DNA of 64,000 bases from Takakia lepidozioides (taxonomy: Eukaryota; Plantae; Bryophyta), in NCBI GenBank assembly GCA_030704615.1, contig CM060734.1, forward strand, positions 18,476,001 through 18,540,000, in the 5' to 3' direction. The position numbers and the translations under genes are program-made. Numbering within the stretch: position 1 is the first letter of the stretch; every line of letters starts with the position of its first letter. Below are positions 13,640-26,292 of this stretch, one piece after another. The notes under the pieces are model-generated. The model did no database searches. It was not told where the DNA came from and worked only from the letters and a program-made list of their open reading frames with translations.

Positions 13640-15140
13640 CCCTCCACTGGCCCTTGTGTTAACCATTCTTGCAAAATATGATTATCCACCAAGTCCTGTG
13701 TAACACCACGGAGATCCTGCTCCTCCTTGAGCCTGTATGTTTCCAACTACTGTTGTAAAGTCTCCATGCATTTTGCATGAGGCTCTACCAGAGTTGCATA
13801 TGCAGCTGACAGATTATTGGCTTCTTTCCAAGCTCTTTCACTCACAGAAAGTTCATTCTCCCACATAAAGTTCATTCTCCCGTACTGTGATTGTTTGCTG
13901 CGACTCAAATATGTGCCTGTCCTTCTGGGCATTGACCTGGTGCAACTGCTGAATTGTATCTTCATTGCGACAGAGAGTATCCTTCATATCAGCAATGAGT
14001 TTTCCTTGCTCCATTACTTCTGTCTCCGCCGACATACATCTCTCAGCTTGCTTCTTGACCTCCATTGTAGCCATCTCCAGACTAGTCGTTAGTGTGGCAC
14101 ACTGTATGAGCACTTTCTGATTGACTGTTTCCAATTCCGTATGAAGCAACTTTACTTCATGCAACTTGTCTTCATGCTGAACTTGCATCTGGTATAATTG
14201 TTGTTTATGCATTTCATGTAATTTCTCCTGCTCAAGACCCGCCCCAATTAAGTTCTCATTCGCAAGTTGTAGGGCAGCTTTAGTGTCCTCCAATTCTTCC
14301 TGCAACTTAAGGTTGGCCTCCACATCCACCTTGTTTGCATGCTCAGTGATAATTCTTGCCTTAAGCTCTTGCTTGAGCTCCTCCCGCAATGCTGCCAACT
14401 GAGTGGAAGGAAAATGAGTCTTGAAATAGGTGCCCAACAGGTTGAGAGTCCTGCTTATGGAACTCATAACCATGGCCTGTTGTGGGTCTTCATGGAAAAC
14501 CTGCTCCTGTTCTTCCTGATTCTCCACAGTTTGATGTTTCACAAACCAATCAGGCCATGATCCCACAAGATCTTGTTCCTGAGCAACCTCATCTTCTACA
14601 GGTGCTGTAGTACGCTTGCCCTTTACCCCTTCAACCTCTGTCACAGGGTTAGGCATAACCGGCACAACAGGGATTTACTTGGGCTGACTTTGTACCTTTG
14701 GTACCATGGACCATACCAGAGTTTTCATAGAGAAGATCGCCCTTCTCAATTTCTGCCACTACCTGCTCTGTAGTGGGGATGTCCAATCCCTCCCTCTCCA
14801 CAGTAAGAGGCTCCGGTGTAACAGCAAGTCCGGTCTGAGTTACCACTAGGGCAACTGTCTCTACACAAGGGATGCACTTGGATATATAAAAAATTGCACT
14901 TGGGCTTAGATGGGCCTCGACATAGGAGACGCACTAGGATACATAGGAAATTGCACTTGGTCTTAGATTTCAATTATTCACACATGGCCCAATGGCACAA
15001 GCTGCCGTAGAGGTCGACTTGGGCCACGACATAGGAGACGCACTTGGATACACAGGAGATTGCACATGGGCTTAGATGACCCTGGACACTTGGGCCAACG
15101 GCACAGGCTAACCTAACAGCATAGGCTACCCTAGTTTCTA
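13640..15140 (-). mobile_element. Fragment of an LTR-element extra ORF encoding a coiled-coil protein, with upstream short repeats (about 14860-15080)
   Basis: ORF 13853-14665 is E/K/Q/L heptad-rich; LIADMKDTLCRNEDTIQ..RAWKEANNLSAAYATLVEPH is homologous to 25309-25870, which lies next to a PPT and LTR. Confidence 0.65.
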
Positions 15141-15959
15141 TAATTCTACACTGCAGAAGTCACCAGTTTGTACCAGAGGCCAGAGTGTCTCTCCAGCTCT
15201 TGAGATTATGAGTGTTGATGCAAGGGTACCTGAAATCCCACAAACAGCCCAAAAGCATGGGGAGGCCAAGGAGGGAGAATTGGAGCGCTTGAGTAAGCAT
15301 GTCGGACGGAAGGCTAGGGTTGAAGATGGACAAAGAAGACTTATCTTCTTGAGGCCGAGTCTCGATAGTCAAAAGCAAAATTCCACTGAGGTGTTGGCGA
15401 ATGAGGAAAACGAGCTGCCCACTAGCGTGCCCTAGAAACCTGGAGAGACGGAAAACGATGGTGATGGTAACACGGGGGTGTTGGATCAAGGGGATGACCA
15501 AGGATAGAGAGGATGAGGCTAAGACTAGCTCTGTTGGGGAGGCTGAGGGCATTGGGGTTATGCCAGTAAAGGTAATTCAGAAAGATGATGCCCCTTTGGT
15601 GCGGCAAGGCTGTGCACCAGGCACAAACAACAAGGCAGTAAGACTTGACAATTTGAGAGATCAGGAAAGGATGTCATTGAAGGCATTGCAGGATCTGAAA
15701 CACCTTACATACAAAGGGGGCAATCAGATGGATTGCGATCTGCCCATCATCAACGCGGGGCAGATACAGAGCAGGTTGTGGTTAACACCAACCAAGAAGG
15801 AGCAAGGGGCCCTGATTCTAGCAGCTGAGCAATGGGGAATGATGGGGGGCCAGCAGCTGCTGCAATTGACACGGGATGGACGCAACTAGTTATGGGAATA
15901 TGGAGAGTTCCTGGGGGCAATTGGGTCATAGCAACACGGGGAGAAGTTCAACACAGGCC

Positions 15960-16450
15960 TGCCAGACTTCAATATGGCTCAAACACACTCAGAAAGGGAT
16001 GATGCCCAACAAAGTCACGTTCATCAATGCATGTGCCAGCCTGGCAGACCTTAAAAAGGGCAAAGTTACGTTGTATGTTAACTTGGAGAATGGTCTCATC
16101 AACATGTATGCCAAATGCGGGGGTGTGCAAGATGCATGTAGTATGTTTGACAATATGGCTGAACGAAATGTGATTTCATGGAGTGCTCTGATCTCAGGAT
16201 ATGCTCAACATGGATCCAGCGAAGGGAAGCCGTTGGCATCTGTAAAAACAAGTATTCCTGTAAGGAGAATTGACCAGCGTGGGTGTGAGATGGAGGCTTT
16301 GGGGGCCTATGTGCAAATGATGCGGGAAGGGGTGAAGCCGAATAGGGTCACGTTTATCTGCATTTGCCATGCATATGCCAGCTTAGCAGCCCTGGACAAA
16401 GCCAAAGAATGCATGCTGACATATTGAGCACTGGAATTGTGCCAGATATT
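15960..16450 (+). pseudogene. PLS-class PPR gene fragment
   Basis: NGLINMYAKCGGVQDACSMFDNMAERNVISWSALISGYAQHG and ALGAYVQMMREGVKPNRVTF. Confidence 0.85.
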
Positions 16451-17520
16451 ATCCTGAGCACTTCCCTTGTGCACATGTAACATCGGGCAAGCATAAGAGA
16501 AAGGGGACCAACAACCTCCTGGTACAAGCAAGTTGGCAGCAGCGTGGAGTGCCCACAAGCATCTTTGCCAAAGGAGACATCTTCCCCACGTGAAGAACCA
16601 ATGGAGGTTGCAAGAGAGCCTGAGTTTGGTGGTGTTAATCTGGGGGGTATGGCAAGCCTGAATGTGGTTAGCCCTGTCTCTGATTACAAGAATTGAAATC
16701 TGCAGCAAGGCAGAATCGATGGCTGTGTGGCCATTGTGTAGGTCAACGGCGGTCTCAGTTTGAGGAGATCACTGGTCACCCAAACAGGATGGAAGTGGTC
16801 ATAATGGTTGAGAACAAAGAAGGGTTTTTCTTTGACGGAGGCCAAAACGTGGCAATAAAAAACAATGCTGCAATTAAACAGGTCCAAGGAATCTGGAGCA
16901 GAAACCGATGTGAGATCAAAACATTGTATCTATTGGGTGTGCCTCATGATCCTGGAGGAGAGCTGGTTGTAGATGCAAGAATGGGGCAAGGGTTTTGCAG
17001 TCAAGGGATGACTTTGGCAAATTCTGGATCAGAAGCAGGCAAGACTTGGAGTTGTATCATCACAAGGATAGGATGGAGCAGCAGCTTATGGCCAGTAGGG
17101 ACGCTGGCACTTAAAAAGGGGAGACGTTCTACAAATGTAGGGCGAATTCGTGGTTCATTTTACTTTTGGTTTGCAGCTTGAATTTTTAAGCTAAGTTCCA
17201 GGGGTAGAAATTTTGGTATGAATCACTGGGGTTTGAAAATTTTGCTAAGTGCAGGGATGATTTTGGTTTTTCATTCAATGATGAATGGAGGGTACTTTTG
17301 TCGTGGAACCCTAGAATTGCGGGAGTATGAGCTGCGAGCAGTGGAGCAGCTGACGGGAGCAGCATTATTAAAGGGGGTAAGAGGCATGTTTTGAGGTAGG
17401 GAGAATGGAAGGATGATTTGGGATGAGGATGAAGGAATTTCAGCGATCTGATGGATGCAATATGTAGTATTTCATCCATCACATAAAATATCATCTCAGC
17501 TTGTGGGGAAGGGTTTGAAC

Positions 17521-19040
17521 CAGTGTTGGACTGGTATACCGATAAGAAACTGGTATCAATATTGGTATGTATACTGGTATGAAGTACCAGACCAGTCTGG
17601 TATCACCTCAGGCCACTACCTAGCATATACCCGTATTGGCCTGGTATCTGCTTCCTAATATTGTGGACGATACCAAGTGTTGGGCGGTTCTTGCATTTGT
17701 GAAAGAACCTTCGGTTCCGGTTCCACAATTATTTCAAGAGACGGTTCTGGATCCGGTTCAGGTTTTTTTTTTATTGAGCCGGTTCCGGATCCAACTTTTA
17801 AACATGGGGGCGGTTCCGGTTACAGGTTAGTTGCTGATAAAAACCACCGGTTCCGGTTAGGTTGCGGTTCTATTTTTAAAATGTATTTGTTTAATTTAAT
17901 TAGATTTAAAATATTTTATCAGTCCGGGAGATGAAATAGCAGTGTATTCACATATTTGAACTAAAACCCAACGATTTTATTAGTTTTCACTAACACAAAA
18001 AAAAAACAAAAATACTCTAAATAAACTGGTAGAAGAAAATGGGTAAAATTTTATGGGTTCAAATTACTATTTAGCTATCTGGCAAGTATTGGCATCTTCT
18101 AACATTTTGATTAATGAACTTAGCCAGGATATCATGGAGCTCGAGATTGAACCCAAGATCTCATGGCGCTGAAGCGAAATTTCATGGCCTTCAAGCATTG
18201 AACCTAGGATCTCATGGAGCTTGAGAGCATTAAAGAAGTTTTGCCATGGGGCCACCGGCTCTCTAGGTTATGCCATGCTATGCCAAGTGCCCACCAAGGG
18301 TTCAAAAACCGGAACCCGTTTTTATGCCCAGCCCCGGTTCTCCGGTTCTCACACCTAGCAGGAACCGCCGGTTCGATTCTGCGCTGATCCCCATTGGCAG
18401 GTTCCGATTCCAGGTCAAGTTCCACCGGTTCCGGTCCAGTTCTGGTTCTCCGGTTCTCACACCCAGCAGGAACCGCCGGTTCGATTCTGCGCTGATCCCC
18501 ATTGGCAGGTTCCGATTCCAGGTCAAGTTCTGCAGGAATGGGTCCGGTTCCGGTTAATTGGAACCGGACCGGAACCGGCGGTTAACCTGGGTCCCGGCAG
18601 GTAACCGCCCAACACGATACCCTACCAATATGGTAGGTGGTTGAAAATATGGTACATGATACAGTACCATATCCATATTTGTGAGGAAAACCTAGGTATC
18701 AATACTTTGAGGAACTTGAGGAATACTTTGAGGAATAAAATCAATGAGAGGCATGCTTGTACACATTTATATGAGAAGTGGGCCTTTCAATATTTAACAT
18801 ATCATGAGTTTTTTGATACTAGACCAGTATTGATAATACCCTGGTATCGATTTCTAGAAACTCTTGCTATTGATACCCGTGAAACACCACACCAATCAGG
18901 TATTATTGATACCACCATGGTATCCAAATCTCAGATTTTTGCCAATATCAGTACCTCCTTCCCTGGTATCACAATTGGCCGGAGGCCTATATACCAGTAC
19001 CAACCTGGTGTGTTCAAAATACGATACCAGTCCAACACCG
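17521..19040. mobile_element. Second copy of the hAT MITE family of 9274-9785, carrying a nested insertion
   Basis: TIRs cagtgttggactggtat / ataccagtccaacaccg; perfect 8-bp TSD gtttgaac at 17513-17520 and 19041-19048. Confidence 0.9.
17675..18613. mobile_element. Different hAT-type MITE nested in the 17521-19040 MITE
   Basis: Ends agtgttgggcggtt / aaccgcccaacac; target acgatacc duplicated (single in the 9.4 kb copy); dense CCGGTT/AACCGG subterminal motifs; internal tandem duplication at about 18330-18530. Confidence 0.82.
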
Positions 19041-19782
19041 GTTTGAACCTGGGATCTCAAGTCTGGGGGTCATTTATTAAAGGTTTAGTGGGGGTTTGGA
19101 CCTATAGGATGCTTTTCCTATGATTCCCTCACCATGAAGAGAAGTTTTGGGGCAATAGGAAGGGGTTAAGGAATTATCTAGAGGCTCATATGCCATTGGG
19201 AAAGCTTAGATCAAGACCCAACTAATGCTTATTTTTTTCAGAATTAGTGATTTTTCAGCTTGGGAAATTAATTTAAATTAGGTTTTCTGCTTAGAAAATC
19301 GCCAGAAAATAGGAATAGAGGTAATTAAATCTAGGATTTTTATTTCTATTTCCTAATTAGAAGAGCTGAGAGCTGAAAAACTACTCCCTCTCCCCAGCGC
19401 TCCCTCTCCTAACACTTAGACGAATTTCGGCGAAGGACCTATACTTAGTCTTCAACCCTTAGATCCCTTTACATCTGACGATTAAAACAACCAACCAACG
19501 AGAGACTAGACCCTAATGTCTATGAGGAGCTAAAATACATTAAAATATTCCACGTCATGAGCCACGTAGACACCCCAATTAAAAAATATAAAACTGAATT
19601 TATTAGGAATACAGATTTTGGTTTTCGAGTCGTTTCTCCAGTGCTTAAAACCACTTGTAGTTGCCGCTTTTTAAAAAAAATCTATTTACGTAATTGAATT
19701 AAATAGCCGCGATTATTGCTACGACTCCGGAGTCATTGACCCAACTTGTAACCGCCATCTAAAATGCCCCCGTGGGCCTGCA

Positions 19783-20050
19783 TTGTCTGTTGCACGACTC
19801 TCCAGTACTAACTCCGACTGCAAAGTTGTTCCGGAGTGGTTTTGGACACCCAGTCGATTTGGAAAAGACACGATTCCTTCTAGTGAAATCTGTCAAAAGA
19901 AAAAACATGGAGGCCTTGGTGTTCTCGACCCTCAATCCCAGATTGTTGCTTTATTGTCAAAATGGGTGCCGAGGATCTTCACCCACCTACAGAGTCCCTG
20001 GAGCAGGCTTGTCAGGCACCATATTGCCGCAGCGATTCCAAAATCTTGGC
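19783..20050 (+). mobile_element. L1/Tx1-type LINE ORF2 fragment (region after RT)
   Basis: ICQKKKHGGLGVLDPQSQIVALLSKW...SPWSRLV matches the GGLG...ALL.KW block of L1-clade ORF2. Confidence 0.7.
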
Positions 20051-20054
20051 TCTT

Positions 20055-20830
20055 CTGGGCATGTGAAGATGCTTTGTGAGGCAGGTAGACTAAAAGAAGC
20101 TCTACAGACTTTAACCAAGGAGCATTTCAGCAAATTCAGATATGTGTGTATGTCTCTTGCTTAAGTGCTTCAAGATGAAAGGTCTGGAAGCTGGAAATCA
20201 GGTGCACACCCACATTATCCAAAGTGGATTCACGCCAAGTGTTTTTCTCCTCAACACCCTTGTCAACATATATGTTAAGTGCGGGAGCATCATGAATACT
20301 CACCAAGTGTTCAACGGAATGCTTCAACGATCTTTGATCACGTGGAATACAATGTTGGCAGGATTTACCAAGCATGGGTGTGGTAGGAATGCTTTGGAGA
20401 CATACGAGCGAATGTTGCGCGAAGGGATGAAGCCCAACCACATCATATTTGTTTGTATTTGCAATGTGTGTGCAAGGCGGGAGCCCTGGAAAAGGGGAAA
20501 GAGGTCCATGGTGAATCGTCAAATCTGGAATTGTATCATATGTCATTCTGAAGACTGCCCTGGTGGACATATGCCAAATGTGGGTGCATCAAGGATGCAA
20601 AGGCAGTGTTCAACAATATGGCTGAATGAAATGTGGTATCGTGGTGTGCAATAATTGCAAGATATGCACAACAGGGGCGCGGGGTGGAGGCTTTGGAGAC
20701 CTATGAGCAAATGATGGGGGAAGGGGTGAAGCCCGGCCACATCATGTTTGTGTGCATTTGCAATGCTTGAGCAAGCCTGGCAGCCCTGGAGAAGGGCAAA
20801 GAGGTGCATCGGGATATCATCAAAGCTGGT
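20055..20830 (+). pseudogene. PLS-class PPR gene 5' fragment
   Basis: LCEAGRLKEAL, QVHTHIIQSGFTPSVFLLNTLVNIYVKCG, ITWNTMLAGFTKHG, ALETYERMLREGMKPN; frameshifts and stops. Confidence 0.87.
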
Positions 20831-20877
20831 GGTGCTAGGGAGCTATTCACAAGGGGAGTCCAACCCCATTTCTGGCA

Positions 20878-21399
20878 ATGTCTTGTGCCTCGTCCAGTTC
20901 CCATTCCCGAGGGTCAGCCCTTTCTTTTTGGGGTCGCATGTATTGCGTGATGCTTGCAATGGACCCTAGTATGGGTCGCAGACTTTTTTTTATGGAGGAT
21001 ATAGTTTTGGGTCCAGGAGAGGATTATGTGGATTTGTTCCCTTATTTTGGGCCGATGTACACCCACCGGGAGTGGCAATTATTGCTGACACACGGCCCAA
21101 GGTCATTGATCCGTCCTTACATCCTTCTTGTGAACGACAATGATATAAGGGCAAGAAAATTGGGCTGCGGTGCCCGTATTTATTGTGACGAAAACCCCGA
21201 TGTATACGGAAATGTGGCTGGGCTCATCAATAGTTCAGTTACCTTACCGCCGGGCCACACCGCCAACGTGTTTTGGGATGAGCGCCATGACAGGGATCGT
21301 AGATTGCACCCTTGCATTGACACTTTTGTGATGACATGTGCGAGGAGGACCATTAGGGCTAGAGAGGAGTTGTTTGCAGAGTATGACTTTAGGCGTTAG
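20878..21399 (+). CDS. SET-domain ORF (N-terminus probably missing), likely CACTA cargo
   Basis: GRRLF (GxGLF-like), PYFG, GNVAGLINSS (RFINHS-like) and ARRTIRAREELFAEY (I..GEEL..DY-like) in canonical SET order. Confidence 0.65.
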   Translation: MSCASSSSHSRGSALSFWGRMYCVMLAMDPSMGRRLFFMEDIVLGPGEDYVDLFPYFGPMYTHREWQLLLTHGPRSLIRPYILLVNDNDIRARKLGCGARIYCDENPDVYGNVAGLINSSVTLPPGHTANVFWDERHDRDRRLHPCIDTFVMTCARRTIRAREELFAEYDFRR

Positions 21400-21736
21400 C
21401 CGAGTTTCATCATGTGTAGATGGACGTAGGAACTAGACATTTTGTACATTGAGGTGGCTTCCTCCACCATGTATATATATACAAATGCATTGATGTGTAT
21501 TTGGGTGCACTTTTTCATGCTTTATTCAAGGGAGTTTGGGTGGATGCTATATGTGAATTAGGGTGTTTTGAATTTTATAGTAGCTCCTTGTGTGTATAAT
21601 GTGTACTTTGGGTTTTACCCCATATAATAATGAACAGCGCCATCTATGGAAACTGATAATGACATGGTTGTTTTTGGCATCTTAGGATGCCGACCACAAC
21701 CCCACGACATTAATTCATGAAGTTCATGATCTTGTC

Positions 21737-23567
21737 ATGAACTGGGATTTTGTTCATTCGGAGGGGGGTGCGTGTCGAAGGGACCCGACCCTGTCTAACA
21801 TGGCGGCCTCCGATGATGAGGACAACAATGACAATGGAATTATGCATGAGGATGTGGCAGCGATGGAGGACCTCTTAATGCATCAGATGGTAGATGAGGA
21901 CACGGACTCTTTGAATGACATGGAAAAAAAGGCCAAAACTCCCTTATACGAAGGGGCCAAAGTGAGTAGACTTTCAACCATCTTGTTGTTGCTGAATTTG
22001 CAAATCCGGTTTGGCATAAGCAATGTGGATATGTCCGCCATAATGCGGACTATTGCGGACTACATCCTTGCCCCACATTTGAAGCCGAGAATGCCACGAT
22101 CAAGAAAAGAGGCAAGAAAAGCCTTGGGATGCTGTGGGGATGGGCTATAAGATTTTTCATGCATGTCCATGTGATAAAACCCTATACTACGGAGAGGATT
22201 CGCATCTCACCAAGTGTCCAAAGTGCAACAAAGACCGATATCGGGATGACGTCAAGGGAAGAAAGCCCCGCGTAAGGTATACTCGCGTCACAATACACTT
22301 GTATATTGCATTCTACCTTTTTGCATTGTACAAGACGTAAGGTTTTATTTAGAGATATGAATGATACTGATTATGACATGGGGCCGACATCGGGATGGTG
22401 CCAGAAAATGCACTACTTTCCAATCATCCCGTGACTGAAAGCACACTACCGAAGCCCCTCATTGGCAAAACTGATGAGATGGCATGCCTCGCATCGGAGC
22501 CCCCCGGGAAAGGTGTGCGGACCACAAGATTCACAAGCATGGAGGGATACTGTCAAAGAGAGATGGCCTTTTCTAAAGGACGACCCACAACATGTCCGCC
22601 TCGGCTTCTTCGCGGATGGGGTCAACCCATTCTCTATCCAGTCCCACTTGGCCGGTGACCATGGTGAATTACAACATCCCTTCGTATCTTTCAATAAAAA
22701 AAAATGCCATATCATGTTGCTGCCATTGTACCAGATGAGTGTTCCTATTTCATGCTTATTATTCCCTTGGATTTTACATTAATCTTCTTCTCTTTGGCAC
22801 AATTCCGATGGAAGATTGATGAGTGACGTAATCATGGAGTAAGATGTGTCATTCATTATGAAGTATAATTTTCATGGTGGAGCATTGAAACAATGATGTG
22901 AATGTCTCATAGGGAAAGAACAAGTGAAACACATGGACACATACTTGCGACCTCTAGTTGATGAACTTAAGGAACTATGGATGGGGGTCCCGGTAGTGGA
23001 TGCTTCAATTGACCATATGGCCCGACAATCTTTTCAGATGAAAGACATCTAGCTTTGGACAATGCATGATTATCCAGGTATATTATGTTCCCCATGAAGA
23101 ACCCGCGTACATTTACCTGTCAAGGGATATTGATGAGGATTGGGATTGATTGAAGTAGCGGCGACAGTCTTCTGCACCGTAGTGGGGTAGATGCACATGA
23201 CAATTTTTTGTCTTTGCTAATGTGGCGGGATGTCTATATGACTTACTGTTTGCTCAGGGCTGAGCACCAAAGGGTACCACGCATGCCTGCATTGTGGCGA
23301 TGAACTTGATGCACAAAGCTCTCGCAATCTTTGCAAGATGGTGTATCCCAACTACCGCAAGTTTCTTCCTATGAGCCATCATTGGAGAAGAAGAGACAAA
23401 CACTTGTTTGATGGCAAAGAGGAGTTACGTCCCCCCCCCCACGTGACACCATCCGGGCACTTTTGGGAAGACCGACGGAAGGAGGCCCATGCGGAGGGGT
23501 CCGGTGAAGTGGAGGTGCCCGGCATGAAGCGACTTTCAATCTTCTACAAGTTGTCATATTGGGCGGT
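21737..23567 (+). mobile_element. CACTA/En-Spm TnpD (Tnp2, Transposase_21-type) transposase pseudogene with introns, 3'-truncated
   Basis: KTPLYEG, YKIFHACPCD..CPKC, YFPIIP, LMRWH, DSQAW..RLGFFADGVNPF, DTYLRPLVDELKELW, WTMHDYPG, KGYHAC..C, RKFLP..H.WR..FDG, SIFYKLSYW. Confidence 0.9.
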
Positions 23568-23654
23568 ACATATTCCACAATAACACCATCAATATTGTTG
23601 TGCATGCATGTGATATTGCATGTTTTGTATGATTTCCATTGTCACTTTTTGTTG

Positions 23655-24609
23655 AGCGGCTTAAATACTCACCCATCCCTTAGCTATCCGAGGTGGAAAC
23701 TCTAAGGTAGAAGAGTTAGAAGACTCTAAGTACTCAGCCCACTCAGAACAATCAGTCATGACCTACACCTAGTGTATCATGGGGGTGCTTCTCTATTTCT
23801 ATTCTTTCTTGCATTCATGTTTAGTTAAGATACCTTACTGCCTAGAGCTATGTATGAGATTGCTTCTGCAATCTGCCAAGTCCCATCTTTATATCTTAGT
23901 TATACATTCCACAGCTTCTCTCAAGTCTCTCTACACAGTGTGAGAATGAAGTATGAATCATATTTATAACTATCAATCATCAGGCCAAAGCCACAGTGTC
24001 ACTAAGTCTACACTACAGTATCATCTCTACAACTTGCAAGTATCAAGCTACACTCCATCGTCTCTCTCCTCCTCCGCGTACTCTCCTCCGTGTACTCCCA
24101 GTCCATGCGTTCAAGAAGTGATCCCCCCTTCGTAGCTAGTCTCCACTTTCTACCCGCAAGCTGTCCTAACCGTCTAACTAACTATTACCACTCTAACTGT
24201 CAGTCACGACAGCACGAACTGTATTGCCATTCCCAGTTGGTGATGTTCCGCGTTCCCGTTCCCCTTCTGTGGTAACAGCATCCTGTGACCTGTGTGAGGC
24301 TGTGTGGAGCTGTGACCGCACAGTTATGAGGGTCACAGCTGTCGTACGGGCCATACCTGTGGTAGCCTATGCTGCTATAGCCCGTGCGGACCTGTGTCTC
24401 CCCTGCCCTGAGGCTGTGCGAGCCTGAGTAAGACCTATGTGGGCATGTGTCTGCCTCACCTTAAGGCCTGTGTGGGCCCGTGTAAGCCGCACCTTAAGGC
24501 CTGTGTAGGCATGTGATGACTCATGGCAGTGCTCAGAGCCATGTCTGCGCAAAATTAAGGATACTCACAGAACCCGTAAATCGTCCAAGTCCCAGACAGT
24601 CCTGTAACA
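23655..24609 (-). repeat. 3' LTR of a Gypsy-like element (left end approximate)
   Basis: Minus strand reads PPT gaggggaggggatat then TGTTACAGG at 24609; CTGTG/CACAG-rich repeats at 24270-24540. Confidence 0.6.
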
Positions 24610-24693
24610 ATATCCCCTCCCCTCTCAAAAAGCCGTGCCCTCACGGTTTACTACTTGGGGTCAGCAAACCTCTGTGAACAGGCACATGTTTGC

Positions 24694-25870
24694 TTATGAG
24701 AGTCCTTGTGAGGGCTCTGTGTATGAGCCCGAGCCATGTCTTGCCTGCCTGCTTGCCGGAGCAGATTGCCCTGTCTTGGCATTATATGGTGGCAATTTCT
24801 CAGGCATAGGAGATCCTCGTCTCCTCTTGTCCTCCATGGTTGCCGCATAGTCCTCTGCCATGTCAAAGTTGCCATCTAAGGAACCAGTAGTGTTAGATTC
24901 ACTGTCCCCCTGCTGGTTGGTAATAATGTGCCAATGACTCTGGAGAGCCATTTCCTTCCAGACCAGATCCACAACAAAGGGAATATGGTTGAATGGTAGA
25001 ACTATAGCATTGCTATATTCGAGGTCACCGGGAGTTTTAGGTGGGTTAAAAGAAGAGTCACCCCAGACAGCAGGTAATGTTTGTTGCACCAGTGACATGG
25101 TATCCACGTTATCCTCACAAAGTGGCTGCTGTGAAGCCAATGCACTCCCTCCTTGTGTTGGCAAGGCTTGTACCTCCTCCACTGGAAAATGAAAAACCGA
25201 AGTCTTTGCCCGCAAGTATGTGGCCAATAATTGTTCCTCGGGAACAAACTCTCTCTTGTCAATGTTAGAACTCAACTCATCCACTTGAGTCTGAAGTCCT
25301 TCCACATCCTACTGCAACTCAGCTATCCGACTATAGACATTGTCTGTAGTTCCTGTGGCAATATTCTGCACCCGCTGTCTGAGATCCTTCATCTCATCCC
25401 GACTCAACTTCCTAGGTGCCTTTCCCTCCACTAGTCCTTGTGTCAACCACACCTGCAAGAGATGGTCGTCCACCAATTTCTGTGTAGCAATTCGGATATC
25501 CTGCTCCTCCTTGAGCTTGTATGCTTCCAGCTGTTGTTGTAAACTCTCTAGTCTCTTCATGTGAGGATCTACTAGGGTTGCATAGGCAGCTGTCATGTCG
25601 TTGGTTTCCCTCCATGCTCTTCCAGTCACAAAGGGTTTGTTGTCCCGTACTTTGACCTTTTGATGCAACTCTAAAAGTTGCTGGTCCTGTTCTTCATTGA
25701 GGCACTTCAACTACTGGATGGTATCTTCATTGCGACAAAGAGTATTTTTCATGTCAGCAATGAGTGTGCCCTGCTCTAATGCCTGTGCCTCTGCCCATGC
25801 ACACAGCCCAATTTTCTTCTTGATTTCCTCATCAGCTTGTTCCAGCTTAGCCATCATTGATAACAGCTCA
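24694..25870 (-). pseudogene. Coiled-coil additional ORF just 5' of the PPT (env-like position)
   Basis: ORFs 25309-25710 and 24694-25305 are collinear with internal stops, end about 70 bp before the PPT, and are homologous to 13747-14665. Confidence 0.65.
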
Positions 25871-25884
25871 GTCACCAATGTCAA

Positions 25885-26200
25885 CTCGGTCTCTAGACTG
25901 CTTTTGTGAAGCTTCTTGCTTGAAGATTAATTGGGAAAAGTCTATAGGGCTTCTGAGTATCCTTCCTGAGGGTTCTTCTTCTTCTCACTGCGATGCATGG
26001 GGTGAGGACCTAGGACTTAAATGGCTCGGTGAAGGGCAGATGCACGAGTCTTTAGGGCATAAGACTGGCCCCAGACTGTTAAATGTAAAGAGCTCCAATA
26101 GGCTAGCTTTCTCTTAATCTTAGAAAGCACAGGAGCAAAGCGGCAAGAAGATCAAGGCGTTGGTTCGCAACTTTATTTGGGGTGCTACTTCAGCATCTTC
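25885..26200 (+). mobile_element. Degenerate L1-type LINE RT fragment
   Basis: FCEASCLKINWEKS (SGL.IN..KS-like) and IKALVRNFIWG. Confidence 0.6.
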
Positions 26201-26205
26201 AAATA

Positions 26206-26292
26206 AGGGGGGCTGCTATTTCATGAGCCATGAGCCATGAGCGGCATGAGCCATGAGCCATGTCATAAGTGTCGAAAAAACCATGAGCAGGA
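26206..26292 (+). repeat. Putative DNA-transposon end A with (CATGAGC)n repeats
   Basis: gggggctgctatttcatgagccatgagccatgagcggcatgagccatgagcc; it cuts off the LINE fragment; a related end lies at 36365. Confidence 0.6.

Noticed and set aside
15160-17180. Possible LINE remnants flanking the PPR fragment
   Set aside because: Composition is suggestive but no diagnostic motif could be read.
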